Positions 29,408-39,501 of a stretch of 64,000 nucleotides of DNA are shown here, one piece after another. The notes under the pieces were generated by a model. It was not told where the DNA came from. It saw nothing but the letters and a program-made list of their open reading frames with translations, and searched no databases. Numbering within the stretch: the stretch's first letter is position 1; each line of letters begins with the position of its first letter. The DNA is from an uncultured Gemmatimonadales bacterium. GTDB lineage: Bacteria; Gemmatimonadota; Gemmatimonadetes; Gemmatimonadales; GWC2-71-9. The stretch is from contig CAVYSW010000003.1 in NCBI GenBank assembly GCA_963771275.1, positions 576,001-640,000 of the forward strand, given 5' to 3'. The position numbers were made by a program, and so were the translations under genes.

Positions 29408-31729
29408 ATGCACAGACCCAGCCTGATCGCTTTCCTGCTGGCCGCTCCGGCGGCCGCGACGGGGCAGCAGACCTACAACGGGCGGGCGGGCCAGCTGGAT
29501 GTCGCGCCGCCCCGCCTCACCGACCACGTCACCATCGACGGCATCCTGAGTGAGCCCCAATGGCGGCAGGCGGCCGTGCTCACCGGCTTCTCGCAATACC
29601 GACCGGTGGACGGGCGCCCGGCGGTGGACACGACCCAGGTCCTCGTGTGGTACGCCCCCGACGCGATCTACTTTGGGATTCGCGCGTTCGAGGCACACGG
29701 CGCGGTCCGCGCGACGCTCGCCGACCGCGACAAGATCGACAACGACGATTACGTCCAGCTGATCCTCGACACGTTCAACGACCGGCGGCGCGCGTTCGTG
29801 ATCGGCGTCAACGCGCTCGGCGTGCAGGCCGACGGCATCCGGTCGGAGGGCGGCGGCAACCACGCCGGCGGCCGGGGCGCCGGCGGCAACTTCGACAACG
29901 TCGACATGAACCCGGACTTCCTGTACGACGCCAAGGGCCGCGTCACGGAGTGGGGCTACGAGGTCGAGGTCCGGGTCCCGTTCAAGAGCATCAGCTACCA
30001 GTCGGCGGACCCGCAGCGCTGGGCGATCAACGTGATCCGCAAGTCCCAGCACTCGGGCTACGAGGACACCTGGACGCCCGCCGTGCGCGCCAACGCGTCG
30101 TTCCTCACGCAGTCGGGCAGCCTGGAGGGGCTCACCGACCTGCACCGCGGCCTGCTGCTCGAGCTGAACCCCTTCACGACCGGCCGGCTCGACGGCGCCC
30201 CGGACAGCACCGGTGCCTGGGCCTACGACGCGAAGCCGGAAGTCGGCTTCAACGTGTCGTGGGGGCTCACGACGACCCTCGCCCTGGACGGCACGGTGAA
30301 TCCGGACTTTTCGCAGGTCGAGGCCGACGTCGCGCAGGTCACCGTGAACGAGCGCTTCGCCGTGTTCTATCCCGAAAAGCGCCCGTTCTTCCTCGAGGGC
30401 ATCGAGCAGTTCAACACGCCGAACTCGCTGATCTACACCCGCCGCATCGTCTCGCCGGTCGCCGGCCTCAAGCTCACCGGCAAGGTCTCCGCGACCAACA
30501 TCGCGCTGCTCTCCGCGGTGGACGACAAGCTGGGCGGGACCGACAACCCGGTCGTGAACGCGCTGCGCGTACGGCGGGATCTCGGCCGGAGCTCGGCCGT
30601 GGGCTTCGCCTACACGGACCGGATCGTGGGGAGCGACTTCAATCGCGTCGCGTCGCTCGATACCCGGCTGGTGTTCGCCAAGCTGTACTATTTCGAGGCG
30701 CAGGTTGCCGGGAGCTGGACCCGCGAGGCGGGCGTGACGCAGACGGCGCCGCTCTGGGAGATGACCTGGGACCGCACCGGCCGCAACTGGGGGTTCCACT
30801 ACGTGTTCCAGGGGATCGACCCGGACTTCCGGACCGACGTGGGCTTCGTGCAGCGCACGGGCATCGTCAGCGGCCAGATCATGAACCGCATCACCACCTA
30901 CGGCAGCCCCGGGGCGACGATCGAGCAGTGGGAGACGTTCTACTCGTTCGGCGGGATCTGGAACTACGACGACTTCTGGCACTTCCCGGCCCCGTTGGAG
31001 GGCAGTGCCAGCGCGCGCAGCTCGCTCACGCTGCGAGGCGGCTGGGAGCTCGGCCTGACGCCCGCATGGTCGTCCGTCGCGTTCGACTCCACGTTCTACC
31101 GCGGGTACGCCCTGGACACTGGCACCGACACGATCCCGTTCACCGTTCCGGGGCGCGAGAACGGTCTGTGGGAGGTGGACCTGAGTGCCCAGACGCCGCA
31201 ACGCGCCTTCGCCGCCTCGGCGAGCGTCACACTGGGCCGCGCGGCGGCGTTCTTCGAGCCCGCCCCGGCCCGGGAGCTGGGGGCGTCGGCCAGCCTGGAC
31301 TGGCGGCCGACCGACAAGATCCGGCTGAGCGGCCAGTACTCGTACCTCGCGCTCAACCGCGTGCGGGACGGCAGCCGGCTCTCCACCGCGCATATCCCGC
31401 GCTTCAAGATCGAGTATCAGATCTCGCGCCCGATCTTCTTCCGGTTCGTGGGCCAGTACGCGTCCCAGAAGCAGGATGCCCTGCGCGATCCCGCGACCGA
31501 CCAGCCGATTCTGATCCGCGACGCCGACGGCCTGTACCAGCCGGCGGCGGCGGAAGTCCAGAACGACTTCCGCGTCGACTGGCTGTTCTCGTTCCGCCCC
31601 AGCCCTGGAACCGTGTTCTACGCGGGGTACGGCTCGAGCCTCACCGAGGGGCGGGCGTTCAGCTTCAGCGATCTGCACCGGGTCAGTGACGGGTTCTTCG
31701 TCAAGCTCAGCTATCTCTTCCGGGTGTGA
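29408..31729 (+). CDS. CBM9-like/DUF5916 outer-membrane protein
   Basis: Signal peptide, IDG.L.E..W, NPDFSQVEAD and PEKRPFFLEG motifs, C-terminal FFVKLSYLFR beta-signal. Confidence 0.85.
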   Translation: MHRPSLIAFLLAAPAAATGQQTYNGRAGQLDVAPPRLTDHVTIDGILSEPQWRQAAVLTGFSQYRPVDGRPAVDTTQVLVWYAPDAIYFGIRAFEAHGAVRATLADRDKIDNDDYVQLILDTFNDRRRAFVIGVNALGVQADGIRSEGGGNHAGGRGAGGNFDNVDMNPDFLYDAKGRVTEWGYEVEVRVPFKSISYQSADPQRWAINVIRKSQHSGYEDTWTPAVRANASFLTQSGSLEGLTDLHRGLLLELNPFTTGRLDGAPDSTGAWAYDAKPEVGFNVSWGLTTTLALDGTVNPDFSQVEADVAQVTVNERFAVFYPEKRPFFLEGIEQFNTPNSLIYTRRIVSPVAGLKLTGKVSATNIALLSAVDDKLGGTDNPVVNALRVRRDLGRSSAVGFAYTDRIVGSDFNRVASLDTRLVFAKLYYFEAQVAGSWTREAGVTQTAPLWEMTWDRTGRNWGFHYVFQGIDPDFRTDVGFVQRTGIVSGQIMNRITTYGSPGATIEQWETFYSFGGIWNYDDFWHFPAPLEGSASARSSLTLRGGWELGLTPAWSSVAFDSTFYRGYALDTGTDTIPFTVPGRENGLWEVDLSAQTPQRAFAASASVTLGRAAAFFEPAPARELGASASLDWRPTDKIRLSGQYSYLALNRVRDGSRLSTAHIPRFKIEYQISRPIFFRFVGQYASQKQDALRDPATDQPILIRDADGLYQPAAAEVQNDFRVDWLFSFRPSPGTVFYAGYGSSLTEGRAFSFSDLHRVSDGFFVKLSYLFRV

Positions 31730-31736
31730 GGCAACG

Positions 31737-32960
31737 GTGACCTTCGTCAGCGCGCTCGCCTGTCGCCGCTGCGGCACGCGCGCCGAGAAGACGGCGGTCA
31801 TCGGGTGCGCGGCCTGCGGGGCGCCGCTCGATCCCGTGTACGACTGGGACCGCATCGCCAAGGGCGTCACCCGCCCCGACGTGGCGGTCCGGCCGCGCAC
31901 GATCTGGCGCTATCGCGAGCTGCTGCCGCTCGACGCGCCGCCCCGGGTGAGCCTCCACGTCGGGTGGACGCCGCTGGTCGAGATCCCCCACCTGGCCGAT
32001 CTGCTGGGCGTGGGCCGCCTGTGGGCCAAGGTGGACGGCGTCTCGTTCCCGTCGCTCTCGTTCAAGGATCGCGTCGTGGCGGTCGCGCTCAACAAGGCGC
32101 TGGAGCTCGGCCTCCAGACCGTTGCCTGCCCGAGCACGGGCAACCTCGCGAACGCGGTGGCCGCGCACGCCGCGGCGGCCGGCCTCGACGCGTGGGTGTT
32201 CGTCCCCGACTCGATCGAGCTGACCAAGACGCTCGGCACGGTGGTCTACCGGCCCAACATCGTGCGGGTGCACGGCACGTACGACCAGGTGAACCAGCTG
32301 TGCCGCGAAGCCGCCGCCGCGTACGGCTGGGGCGTGGTGAACGTGAATCTTCGCGCGTATTACGGCGAGGGCTCCAAGACGATGGCGTTCGAGATCGCCG
32401 AGCAGCTCGGCTGGCGGGCGCCGACCGCGGTGGTGACGCCGATGGCGGGCGGCTCGCTGGTGACGAAGCTGGCCAAGGGCTTCGGCGAGCTGCAACGCCT
32501 CGGCTGGATCGCCGGCCCGGGGCCGCGCGTGTTCGGCGGGCAGGCGGCGGGCTGCGCCCCGATCGTCACGGCGGTGGCCAACGGCACCGAAACGATCACG
32601 CCCGTCGTGCCGCAGTCGGCGATCGCGAAGTCGCTCGCCATCGGCAACCCGGTGGACGGGCCGTGGGCGGTGCGCACGATCCACGAGACCGGCGGGTGGG
32701 CGGTGGCGGTGCCCGATCCCGAGATCGTCGAGGGCATCCGCATGCTGGCGGAATTCAGCGGCATCTTCACCGAGACCGCGGGTGGCGTCACGGTGGCCGC
32801 CGCCCGGCACCTGGCGGCCGACGGGCGGCTCGGGCGCGACGACGAGATCGTGCTGTGCCTCACCGGGAACGGCATGAAGACGATCGAGGCCCTCGAGCAC
32901 GCGTTCGAGCCCATGCCGGTGATCAACCCGACGCTCGGCGACCTGGAGCGGCTGCTATGA
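31737..32960 (+). CDS. thrC: Threonine synthase
   Basis: SFKDR (PLP lysine), STGN and CLTGNG motifs; adjacent to homoserine kinase. Confidence 0.9.
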   Translation: MTFVSALACRRCGTRAEKTAVIGCAACGAPLDPVYDWDRIAKGVTRPDVAVRPRTIWRYRELLPLDAPPRVSLHVGWTPLVEIPHLADLLGVGRLWAKVDGVSFPSLSFKDRVVAVALNKALELGLQTVACPSTGNLANAVAAHAAAAGLDAWVFVPDSIELTKTLGTVVYRPNIVRVHGTYDQVNQLCREAAAAYGWGVVNVNLRAYYGEGSKTMAFEIAEQLGWRAPTAVVTPMAGGSLVTKLAKGFGELQRLGWIAGPGPRVFGGQAAGCAPIVTAVANGTETITPVVPQSAIAKSLAIGNPVDGPWAVRTIHETGGWAVAVPDPEIVEGIRMLAEFSGIFTETAGGVTVAAARHLAADGRLGRDDEIVLCLTGNGMKTIEALEHAFEPMPVINPTLGDLERLL

Positions 32961-33829
32961 CGCTGGCGGTCAGGGTCCCCGGCTCGACCTCCAACCTCGG
33001 GGCGGGGTTCGACTGCCTGGGCCTGGCACTCGACCTGTGGCTCGAGGCGCGGCTCGAGCCGGGCGACGCCCCGCACCGCTACGGCGGGACGCTGGCCGCC
33101 CTCGATGCGGTGGACGACCTCACGCGCCGCATGCTCGCCGATCGGGACGCCCTGGAGGGCCACCGGCTGGTGGTGCACTCGGAGATCCCGGTCGGCAAGG
33201 GCCTCGGCTCGTCGGCCGCCGCGATCGTTGCGGGGCTCGCGCTGGCGCGACTCAGGCTGGGCCATCCGTTCGACCGCGACGCGATGTTCCGCGGCGCGGC
33301 GCAGGAGGAAGGCCACCCCGACAACGCCGGCCCCGCCGTGTACGGCGGGCTCGTGCTCGCGGCCCACCGTCCCACCCAGCTCACACTGCACCGCGACCTC
33401 GCCGTGGCGCTGGCGATTCCCGCGCACGCGATCTCCACCAAGGCCGCGCGCGACTTGCTGCCACCCGCCGTGTCGCGCGACACGGCCGTCGAGCAGGCGG
33501 CGCGCAGCGCGGCGCTCGTGCTCGGGCTCACGTGGGGCGATCCCGACCTGATCGACTTCGGGATGGACGATCGGCTCGCCGTGCCGCACCGGCGCCAGCT
33601 GATCAAGGGGTACGACGCGGCGGTTGCGGCCGCGATGGATGCCGGGGCCTACGGCGTCTCGATCTCGGGGGCCGGATCGTCGCTCGTGGCGATCTGCGCC
33701 AAGGCGGACGCCGTCGCCGTGGCCGACGCGACGGCGGCCGCGCTCACGCGGGCGGGAACGCCGGCCGAGCCGCTGGCGGCGAAGGTGGCGCTGGAGGGGC
33801 TGACGATTGTCCGGGAAGGGGAGTCCTGA
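32957..33829 (+). CDS. thrB: Homoserine kinase
   Basis: PGSTSNLGAGFD, P.GKGLGSSAA, EGHPDN and ISGAG motifs. Confidence 0.93.
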   Translation: MTLAVRVPGSTSNLGAGFDCLGLALDLWLEARLEPGDAPHRYGGTLAALDAVDDLTRRMLADRDALEGHRLVVHSEIPVGKGLGSSAAAIVAGLALARLRLGHPFDRDAMFRGAAQEEGHPDNAGPAVYGGLVLAAHRPTQLTLHRDLAVALAIPAHAISTKAARDLLPPAVSRDTAVEQAARSAALVLGLTWGDPDLIDFGMDDRLAVPHRRQLIKGYDAAVAAAMDAGAYGVSISGAGSSLVAICAKADAVAVADATAAALTRAGTPAEPLAAKVALEGLTIVREGES

Positions 33830-33891
33830 CCTCTGCGGTCTCCGCGCTCTCTGCGGTGATCACGACCCAGGCGCGGCGCGGTGGAACGAGG

Positions 33892-34440
33892 CTAGAACGC
33901 GTCGAACGCCGGCGGCGCCATCCCGTTCAATCGGAAATAGGGCACGATGCTCCCCAGCGTCCACAGGTCGTGCGAGTGCACCATGAGGAACACGCGCCAC
34001 TTGGGAATGTCGCGCCCGAAGAAGCGGGTCGGCTGAAGCAGCGTGCTGTCCGGCAGCGTCCGCACCTCGTGGAGACAATAGTCGAACGCCGTCCGCACCA
34101 TCTGCTTGAGCGCCGCCTTGTTCGCGACCGCTTTCGTGCTGTCGCTCAACGCCGGCCCGTGGTTGTCGTCGAGCACGAACCGCGCGACGTAGGCCGCCCC
34201 GGTGGAGGCCACGTGCTCGATCTGCTGGGCGAAGTCGCGGACCTCGGGAACGGGCTTGAAGCGGAACAGCCGTGCCGGCATCGAGTCCACCATCGCGAGC
34301 GCGAGATCCCGGTCGCCCGTGAGGGTTTCCACCAACATCTGGCGCGTGCCCGCCGCCAGCCTGGTCTGCGCCCACGCGGCGCCCGGAACGAGCCCGAGGA
34401 CCACGAGGAGCACCCGCACCGCCGTCGCTCTGCCGCTCAT
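33892..34440 (-). CDS. DinB-family protein with signal peptide
   Basis: Signal peptide ending AWA|Q; FKP.PEVRDFAQQIEH and YFRLNG..PP motifs. Confidence 0.75.
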   Translation of the reverse strand: MSGRATAVRVLLVVLGLVPGAAWAQTRLAAGTRQMLVETLTGDRDLALAMVDSMPARLFRFKPVPEVRDFAQQIEHVASTGAAYVARFVLDDNHGPALSDSTKAVANKAALKQMVRTAFDYCLHEVRTLPDSTLLQPTRFFGRDIPKWRVFLMVHSHDLWTLGSIVPYFRLNGMAPPAFDAF

Positions 34441-35033
34441 CGCCCGCGCGGACTCCTTCCCTTCTCGTGTTTCGCCTTCCCGCTCTTCCCCTCGCCCTTC
34501 CTGTCCCTCTGCCCCTGCGGTCCCTTCTCCTTCAGCCATCGCTGCCGCACTGCGATCTGGTGCGCGTGGTGCCGGCTGTGCACGTAGAAGAATCGGACCC
34601 ATTCGGGCAGGTTGAGGTCGCCGAGCACCGGATGGCGCACGAAGATCCGCTGGTGGCGCTCCGCGGGCCACGTTTCGAGCAGCGCTTCCAGGCGTTCCAC
34701 CCCCATGCGGAATTGCGCGGCCACCAGCTCCGGATCGGGGCGCTCGGGCGGCCGCGTCGCCTCGGGAGGCCGCCCGGGCGGCAGCTTGCCCACACCGAGG
34801 ACGAGATGCCGCAGGAGGTGCTCGCCGGGCGTCGCCCGGCGCGCCATGTCGGTTCGGCCCGCGCGCGCCTCCAATTGCCCCGCCACCAGGTCGACACCCT
34901 GCGCCAAGTGGCTCAGGGTCTGCGCCAGGCTCCAGCGTCCCTTCGGGGCGCGGTACCACTCTTCACCCGTCACGCCGTCGAGGGGGTCCAGGACGATTTC
35001 CTCGAGCCGAGCCAGCTGTCGCCGCGCTTTCAT
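34437..35033 (-). CDS. DinB-family protein (DinB_2-like)
   Basis: WSLAQTLSHL, HPVLG and H..HH..Q motifs; low-complexity repeat-derived tail. Confidence 0.8.
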   Translation of the reverse strand: MKARRQLARLEEIVLDPLDGVTGEEWYRAPKGRWSLAQTLSHLAQGVDLVAGQLEARAGRTDMARRATPGEHLLRHLVLGVGKLPPGRPPEATRPPERPDPELVAAQFRMGVERLEALLETWPAERHQRIFVRHPVLGDLNLPEWVRFFYVHSRHHAHQIAVRQRWLKEKGPQGQRDRKGEGKSGKAKHEKGRSPRGR

Positions 35034-35479
35034 CGGTCCGCTCCGGCGAGGGCGAGGCACTCGATCTCGACCGCAGCCCCGCGGGCGAGGCCGCTCGCCG
35101 CGATGGTCGAGCGGGCGGGCGGGTCCTTGGGGAAGTAGGAGGCGTACACCGCGTTCATCGCGGCGTAGTCGGCGATGTCCCGCAGGAACACCGTGCACTT
35201 GACGACCCGGTCGAGCGAGCTGCCGGCGTACGCAAGCACCGCCTTGATGTTCTCCATGGTTTGGCGCGTTTCCGGCTCGATTCCACCCGGCACCACCGCA
35301 CTCCCGCCCTGGGGGACTCCGATCTGCCCGGAAAGGTACAGCATGTCACCCACGCGCACCGCCGAGGAGAACGGCAGGCCCTCGAGGCTCCCCGGCATAC
35401 GGATCACCTGCAGATCCTGTCCGTGAAGCAACGGCGGTGCCATCAGCACCAGCACCGCCAACGCGATCGCCCTCGTCAT
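35030..35479 (-). CDS. RidA/YjgF family protein with N-terminal signal-like peptide
   Basis: PFS.AV..G..LYLSGQIG, VVKCTVFL, PARST and VEIE motifs. Confidence 0.9.
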   Translation of the reverse strand: MTRAIALAVLVLMAPPLLHGQDLQVIRMPGSLEGLPFSSAVRVGDMLYLSGQIGVPQGGSAVVPGGIEPETRQTMENIKAVLAYAGSSLDRVVKCTVFLRDIADYAAMNAVYASYFPKDPPARSTIAASGLARGAAVEIECLALAGADR

Positions 35480-35622
35480 GCGTTCCTTCCTCCTCCGTTC
35501 AACGGGAGATACCGCCGAGCCGCCGATGCACGCCACACTTGCCGTGCGGTGTCGCATGGTGAATAATACCCACGTGCATGACCGATCCCCGCCTGCGTGG
35601 CGTGTCGCTCCTGCCACGCTAA

Positions 35623-37150
35623 CGTCTGTGTGCGCTCAAGCCGTCCACGAACCCAGCCCCGCCCCCATTCCGTAGCCTGACGATCGCGCTGCGGCTCGTG
35701 GGCGCCCTCACGACCGTCACGGCCATGTCGCTCTCCGCCCAAGAGCGGGCGGCAACAGTCGAGGGACGCGTCACGGAGGCCGAGAGCGCGCGCCCGCTGC
35801 CCGGTGCCGTGGTCACGAGTAGTTCGCCCTGCGCTCCGTCCCGACCGGTGCCCTCGCGTCGCTGACGACCGGCGGCCCCACGGCAGGCGACCTGGCGTCG
35901 CTCGGCACCCTGATCATCCTCGACGGCGTGCCGCTCTCGAACAACGCGAACCGGCAGACCTCCGGCCCATCGGCTCGTGTTCGGCGGCAGCACGCCCGAC
36001 GAGCCGGGCACGGTCGTGCTCGACTCCCGCATCGACGCCTTCGCTCTGAACCAGAACAGTCCGGAGCGCCCCGACCTGTTCCCGGGACAGACGGACCGGA
36101 ACCATGACAAGGGGCTGCGCCTGGCGGAGCGGCTGCGGGCCCGTCTCGGACCAGCGGCTACCTCCGCGTCATCGCGTCACTCGACTATCAGCGCCAGCGC
36201 TCCGTTTGCCCAGGCGCCCCGGATTCGCGGGGCCACCCCGTTCACCGATCGCCTGACGGAAGGGACCCAGGAGGGTCACTTCGTGCTCGGTCAGTACCTC
36301 TCCGCGATCCAGCTCGACGGGGATGTGTGAAACGGGTTCGCGCAGATCGAGTACGGCACTTCCACCAGCCTCCTGGGGGGCCATCACCAGCTGCTCGGAG
36401 GTGCGGAGCTGCGCCGCGAATGGAACGCCGGCGCCGGATACATCTTCGACATCGAGTTCCCCCCCCAAGTAACGTTCAACGGTGTCCAGGGACGACCGGC
36501 CGCGGCGGTTCGACTCCATCCCGCCCGCTGCGACGACCGCGCTCTACCTGGACGACCGCCTGTCGAGTCTGCTGGGGTTCGCCCCCTTGAGCCTCCAGGC
36601 CGGGGTCCGGCTGGACCTCCTGCACCGCGGATCCACGTGGTTTTCGGCCGTGCGGGATGCGGTCCTCCAGCCGCGGCTGAACTTGGAGCTGGCCCCACGC
36701 TCGTGGCTCAGGCTCCGGGGCGGGATCGGGCGCACGGCCAAGTCGCCCACGCTGGGCCAACTCTACCCGGCGCCGCAGTACTTCGACGTCGTGAACCTCA
36801 ACTGGTTCCCGCCGAATCCCGCAGAGCAACTCGCGATCCTCACGACCTTCATCCGCGACCCCACGAACCCCGACCTGGGGTTCGCGCGGGCGTGGAAGCG
36901 GGAGGCGGGGTTCGAGCTGGGCGGCGCACGGGGCGGGCCGGCCGTGGGCGTCGTGTACTTCGATGACCGGATCAGCGGAGGCATCGGGTTCCGGCCCGAT
37001 CCCGGGTTCCTAGTGCGCGACCTGTACGATTTGGCTGATTCCACGACCGGCACGGGCGCGAAGCCACCGGTGATCACGCCGCCCACCCGGGCCGACACCG
37101 TGCCGATTTTGCTGGACGTCCCCGCCAACATCCTCACGCTCGACAACCGT
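35623..37150 (+). pseudogene. Degraded TonB-dependent receptor
   Basis: Fragments in different frames: VEGRVTEAESARPLPGAVV, plug-like GTLIILDGVPLSNNAN, and barrel-like LQAGVRLD, QPRLN, KSPTLGQLYP and NPDL. In-frame TGA at 36328, frameshift near 36490, C-terminus missing. Confidence 0.8.
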
Positions 37151-37224
37151 GCCCCGCGTTCTTCATGGACGCCGCCGTGTTCATGAGCCTGCGCCGCCGC
37201 GCTGGCACCTGGAGGCGACGCGCG

Positions 37225-37743
37225 TCATCGCCTGTCGGTATCCCTCATGGTCGGTTCGACCGGAATCACGCTCGTTACCGCGATCTTCCACCCCTGCTGC
37301 GACTTCACGAACACCCGCTCGGACCACCCGCGCCCGATCTGGTCGCCCTGCCGCGCGGCGTAGCGATACGCCGCGTACACCACCCCGGGCGCGAGCCACA
37401 CCAACTCCGGCTCGCCGGCGGCCAGGCTGTCGGGAAACTCGGGGCTCGCACGTCGTGCGGCCGCGAACGGCGCGAACCCGCGCTGCATGCCCTCCGGCCC
37501 GACGTAGGTGAAGTCCGGCGACTCCAGGTAGGTCGCGAGGTAGCCCTCGACGTCCCGCCGTTGTATCGCCGTCAGGTTCGCATCGACTGCCACCCGGACC
37601 TCCGCCAGATCGCGCTGCTTGAGCTCCTCGATCCGGCGCCCGGCACACCCGCTGAGCAGCAGCGGCAGAAGGGGCAGAAGCGGCAGCAGATGAGCCAACC
37701 ATCCATCCCTGCCCCTCTCCCCCTCTCCCCCTGTCCCCCTCAC
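37225..37743 (-). CDS. NTF2-like (DUF4440/SnoaL-type) lipoprotein
   Basis: LLSGC lipobox and C-terminal VFVK...GWKI. The start is uncertain because the N-terminus is repeat-derived. Confidence 0.7.
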   Translation of the reverse strand: MRGTGGEGERGRDGWLAHLLPLLPLLPLLLSGCAGRRIEELKQRDLAEVRVAVDANLTAIQRRDVEGYLATYLESPDFTYVGPEGMQRGFAPFAAARRASPEFPDSLAAGEPELVWLAPGVVYAAYRYAARQGDQIGRGWSERVFVKSQQGWKIAVTSVIPVEPTMRDTDRR

Positions 37744-39023
37744 CGGGGCCCTCCGTCCAGCTCCTGAATCGTCGCGGTGCTCGGTCCGCGCTCCTTCTGC
37801 AGCCGGGCGGCCACCCGCTCGGCCTCGCGCATCACGCGCAGCACGTTGAGCCCGACTACCCGCTTGACGTCCCCGTCGCTCCAGCCGCGCCGCAGCAGCT
37901 CCGCCACGAGGGCCGGGTACTTGGACACGTCCTCCAGGCCCACCGGCGTCACGTCGCCCAGGCCGTCCAGGTCGCTGCCGATCCCCACGTGGTCCACGCC
38001 GGCTACGTCGCGCAGGTGCTCGATCTCATCCGCCACGACGCTCAAGGGCGGCGCCGGCATCGGGTTCACCGCCATCCACGCTCGGACCGAGTCGCGCACC
38101 GCGGCCGAGTCGCCGAGCGATGTCATGAGCCGGCGGGCCAACGAGTCGCGATGCTGGGTCCACTCGTAGGCCGGCAGGTAGATGAAGTCGGGGACGAAGT
38201 TCACCATGATCACGCCGCCGTTCTTCGTGACCGCGCGCGCGAGGTCGTCGGCCAGGTTCCGCGGATGCGGCACGAAATGGCGCGAGGAAGAGTGCGAAAA
38301 GATCACCGGCGCCTCGCTCACCCGCAGCGCGTCCCACACGGTCGAGTCGGACGTGTGCGATAGATCCACCAACATGCCCAGCCGGTTCATCTCGCGCACC
38401 ACCTCCTCGCCGAACCTGGTGAGGCCGCCGTGCCTGGAGCTGTCGGTCGAGGCGTCCGCCCAGTCGGTGCTCAGCGTGTGGGTCAGCGTCATGTAGCGCA
38501 CGCCGTCCCGGTAGAACGCCCGCAGCAGGCTCAGGGAGTTCTCGATCATGAACCCGCCTTCCAAGCCCAGCAGCGAGCCGATCTTCCCTTCCTTGTGCAG
38601 CCGGACGATGTCGTCCGCGGTGCCCGCCATCGCGAACGTCTCGGGGTAGCGCTCCACCATGCGGTGGACCACGTCACCCTGCTCCATCCCGTCGTGGAAC
38701 GGGTGCGCGCCGTCGGGCGGGGTGTAGGTGGACCAGAACTGCGCGCCGACCAGCCCGGCCTTGAGCCGCGCGATGTCGGTCTGGAACTGCGGCTGCGGCT
38801 TGGCGATATCGGCCGAGTCGAAGCTCAACCACGCGCGGGTGCGCATCTCCCACGCGAGGTCGTTGTGGCCGTCGATCAGCGGCGTCTCGCGCATGATGGC
38901 CTTGGCGCGGGCGAGGTATGGATCGTCCTGCGCGCGCGCGGCGGGGGCGACCGCGGCGAGAGCGACGGCGGCGAACATGGCGGCGACAGCCACCAGATGC
39001 GGGGCACGGCTGGGAGTGGTCAT
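37740..39023 (-). CDS. Membrane dipeptidase (peptidase M19), exported
   Basis: IDGHND, LEG, YMTLTH, VDLSH, FSHS and GIGSDLDG motifs; signal peptide. Confidence 0.93.
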   Translation of the reverse strand: MTTPSRAPHLVAVAAMFAAVALAAVAPAARAQDDPYLARAKAIMRETPLIDGHNDLAWEMRTRAWLSFDSADIAKPQPQFQTDIARLKAGLVGAQFWSTYTPPDGAHPFHDGMEQGDVVHRMVERYPETFAMAGTADDIVRLHKEGKIGSLLGLEGGFMIENSLSLLRAFYRDGVRYMTLTHTLSTDWADASTDSSRHGGLTRFGEEVVREMNRLGMLVDLSHTSDSTVWDALRVSEAPVIFSHSSSRHFVPHPRNLADDLARAVTKNGGVIMVNFVPDFIYLPAYEWTQHRDSLARRLMTSLGDSAAVRDSVRAWMAVNPMPAPPLSVVADEIEHLRDVAGVDHVGIGSDLDGLGDVTPVGLEDVSKYPALVAELLRRGWSDGDVKRVVGLNVLRVMREAERVAARLQKERGPSTATIQELDGGPR

Positions 39024-39229
39024 AGCTGATCCTTCGCTGGCGGATGCTCGAACCCGGCGCACTCGCGGACCGGGAGCATGGGGTACTTGGGGAACCGCCG
39101 GTCGGTTTCCGACCGGCGACACAACCAGAACCGGGAGCCGCGACCGGTGATCACGCGGCTGTGCCGGCAGCCGGCGCACAGGCCGACCGACGGCTCGCGG
39201 AAGGTGGCGTCGCGCCTCTCGCCTGGCAA
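39020..39229 (-). CDS. Small Cys-rich hypothetical protein (start uncertain)
   Basis: GLCAGC...FWLC...FPKYP.LPV..C.GF with four spaced Cys; ATGA overlap with the dipeptidase start. Confidence 0.6.
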   Translation of the reverse strand: MPGERRDATFREPSVGLCAGCRHSRVITGRGSRFWLCRRSETDRRFPKYPMLPVRECAGFEHPPAKDQL

Positions 39230-39246
39230 GGTTAGATTCGACCTCG

Positions 39247-39501
39247 ATGCCGCCGTTTCGCTGCGCCCGTTGCGGGCGCGACGAGCCCCGCCTCGCCGCG
39301 CCGCCGATGCCAGGTCCGCTGGGCGCACGCGTCCTCGAGCACGTGTGCGGCGCGTGCTGGCAGGAGTGGCAGCGGCAGCAGACCGCTCTGATCAATCACT
39401 ACGGGCTCGACCTCCGCGATCCCGAGGCACGACGGTTCCTCACCCAGCAAACCGAGGCGTTCCTGTTTGCCCCGCCCGCTCCGCGCGCCCCCGACGCCTG
39501 A
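39247..39501 (+). CDS. Fe(II)-trafficking/oxidative damage protection protein (YggX-like)
   Basis: PP.PGPLG.R, W.EW...QT.LIN and L...P.AR.FL motifs. Confidence 0.85.
   Translation: MPPFRCARCGRDEPRLAAPPMPGPLGARVLEHVCGACWQEWQRQQTALINHYGLDLRDPEARRFLTQQTEAFLFAPPAPRAPDA

Noticed and set aside
36328..36330. In-frame TGA in the TonB-dependent receptor as selenocysteine
   Set aside because: There is no redox motif, the context fits a TGG-to-TGA nonsense change, and the gene has other frameshifts and deletions.
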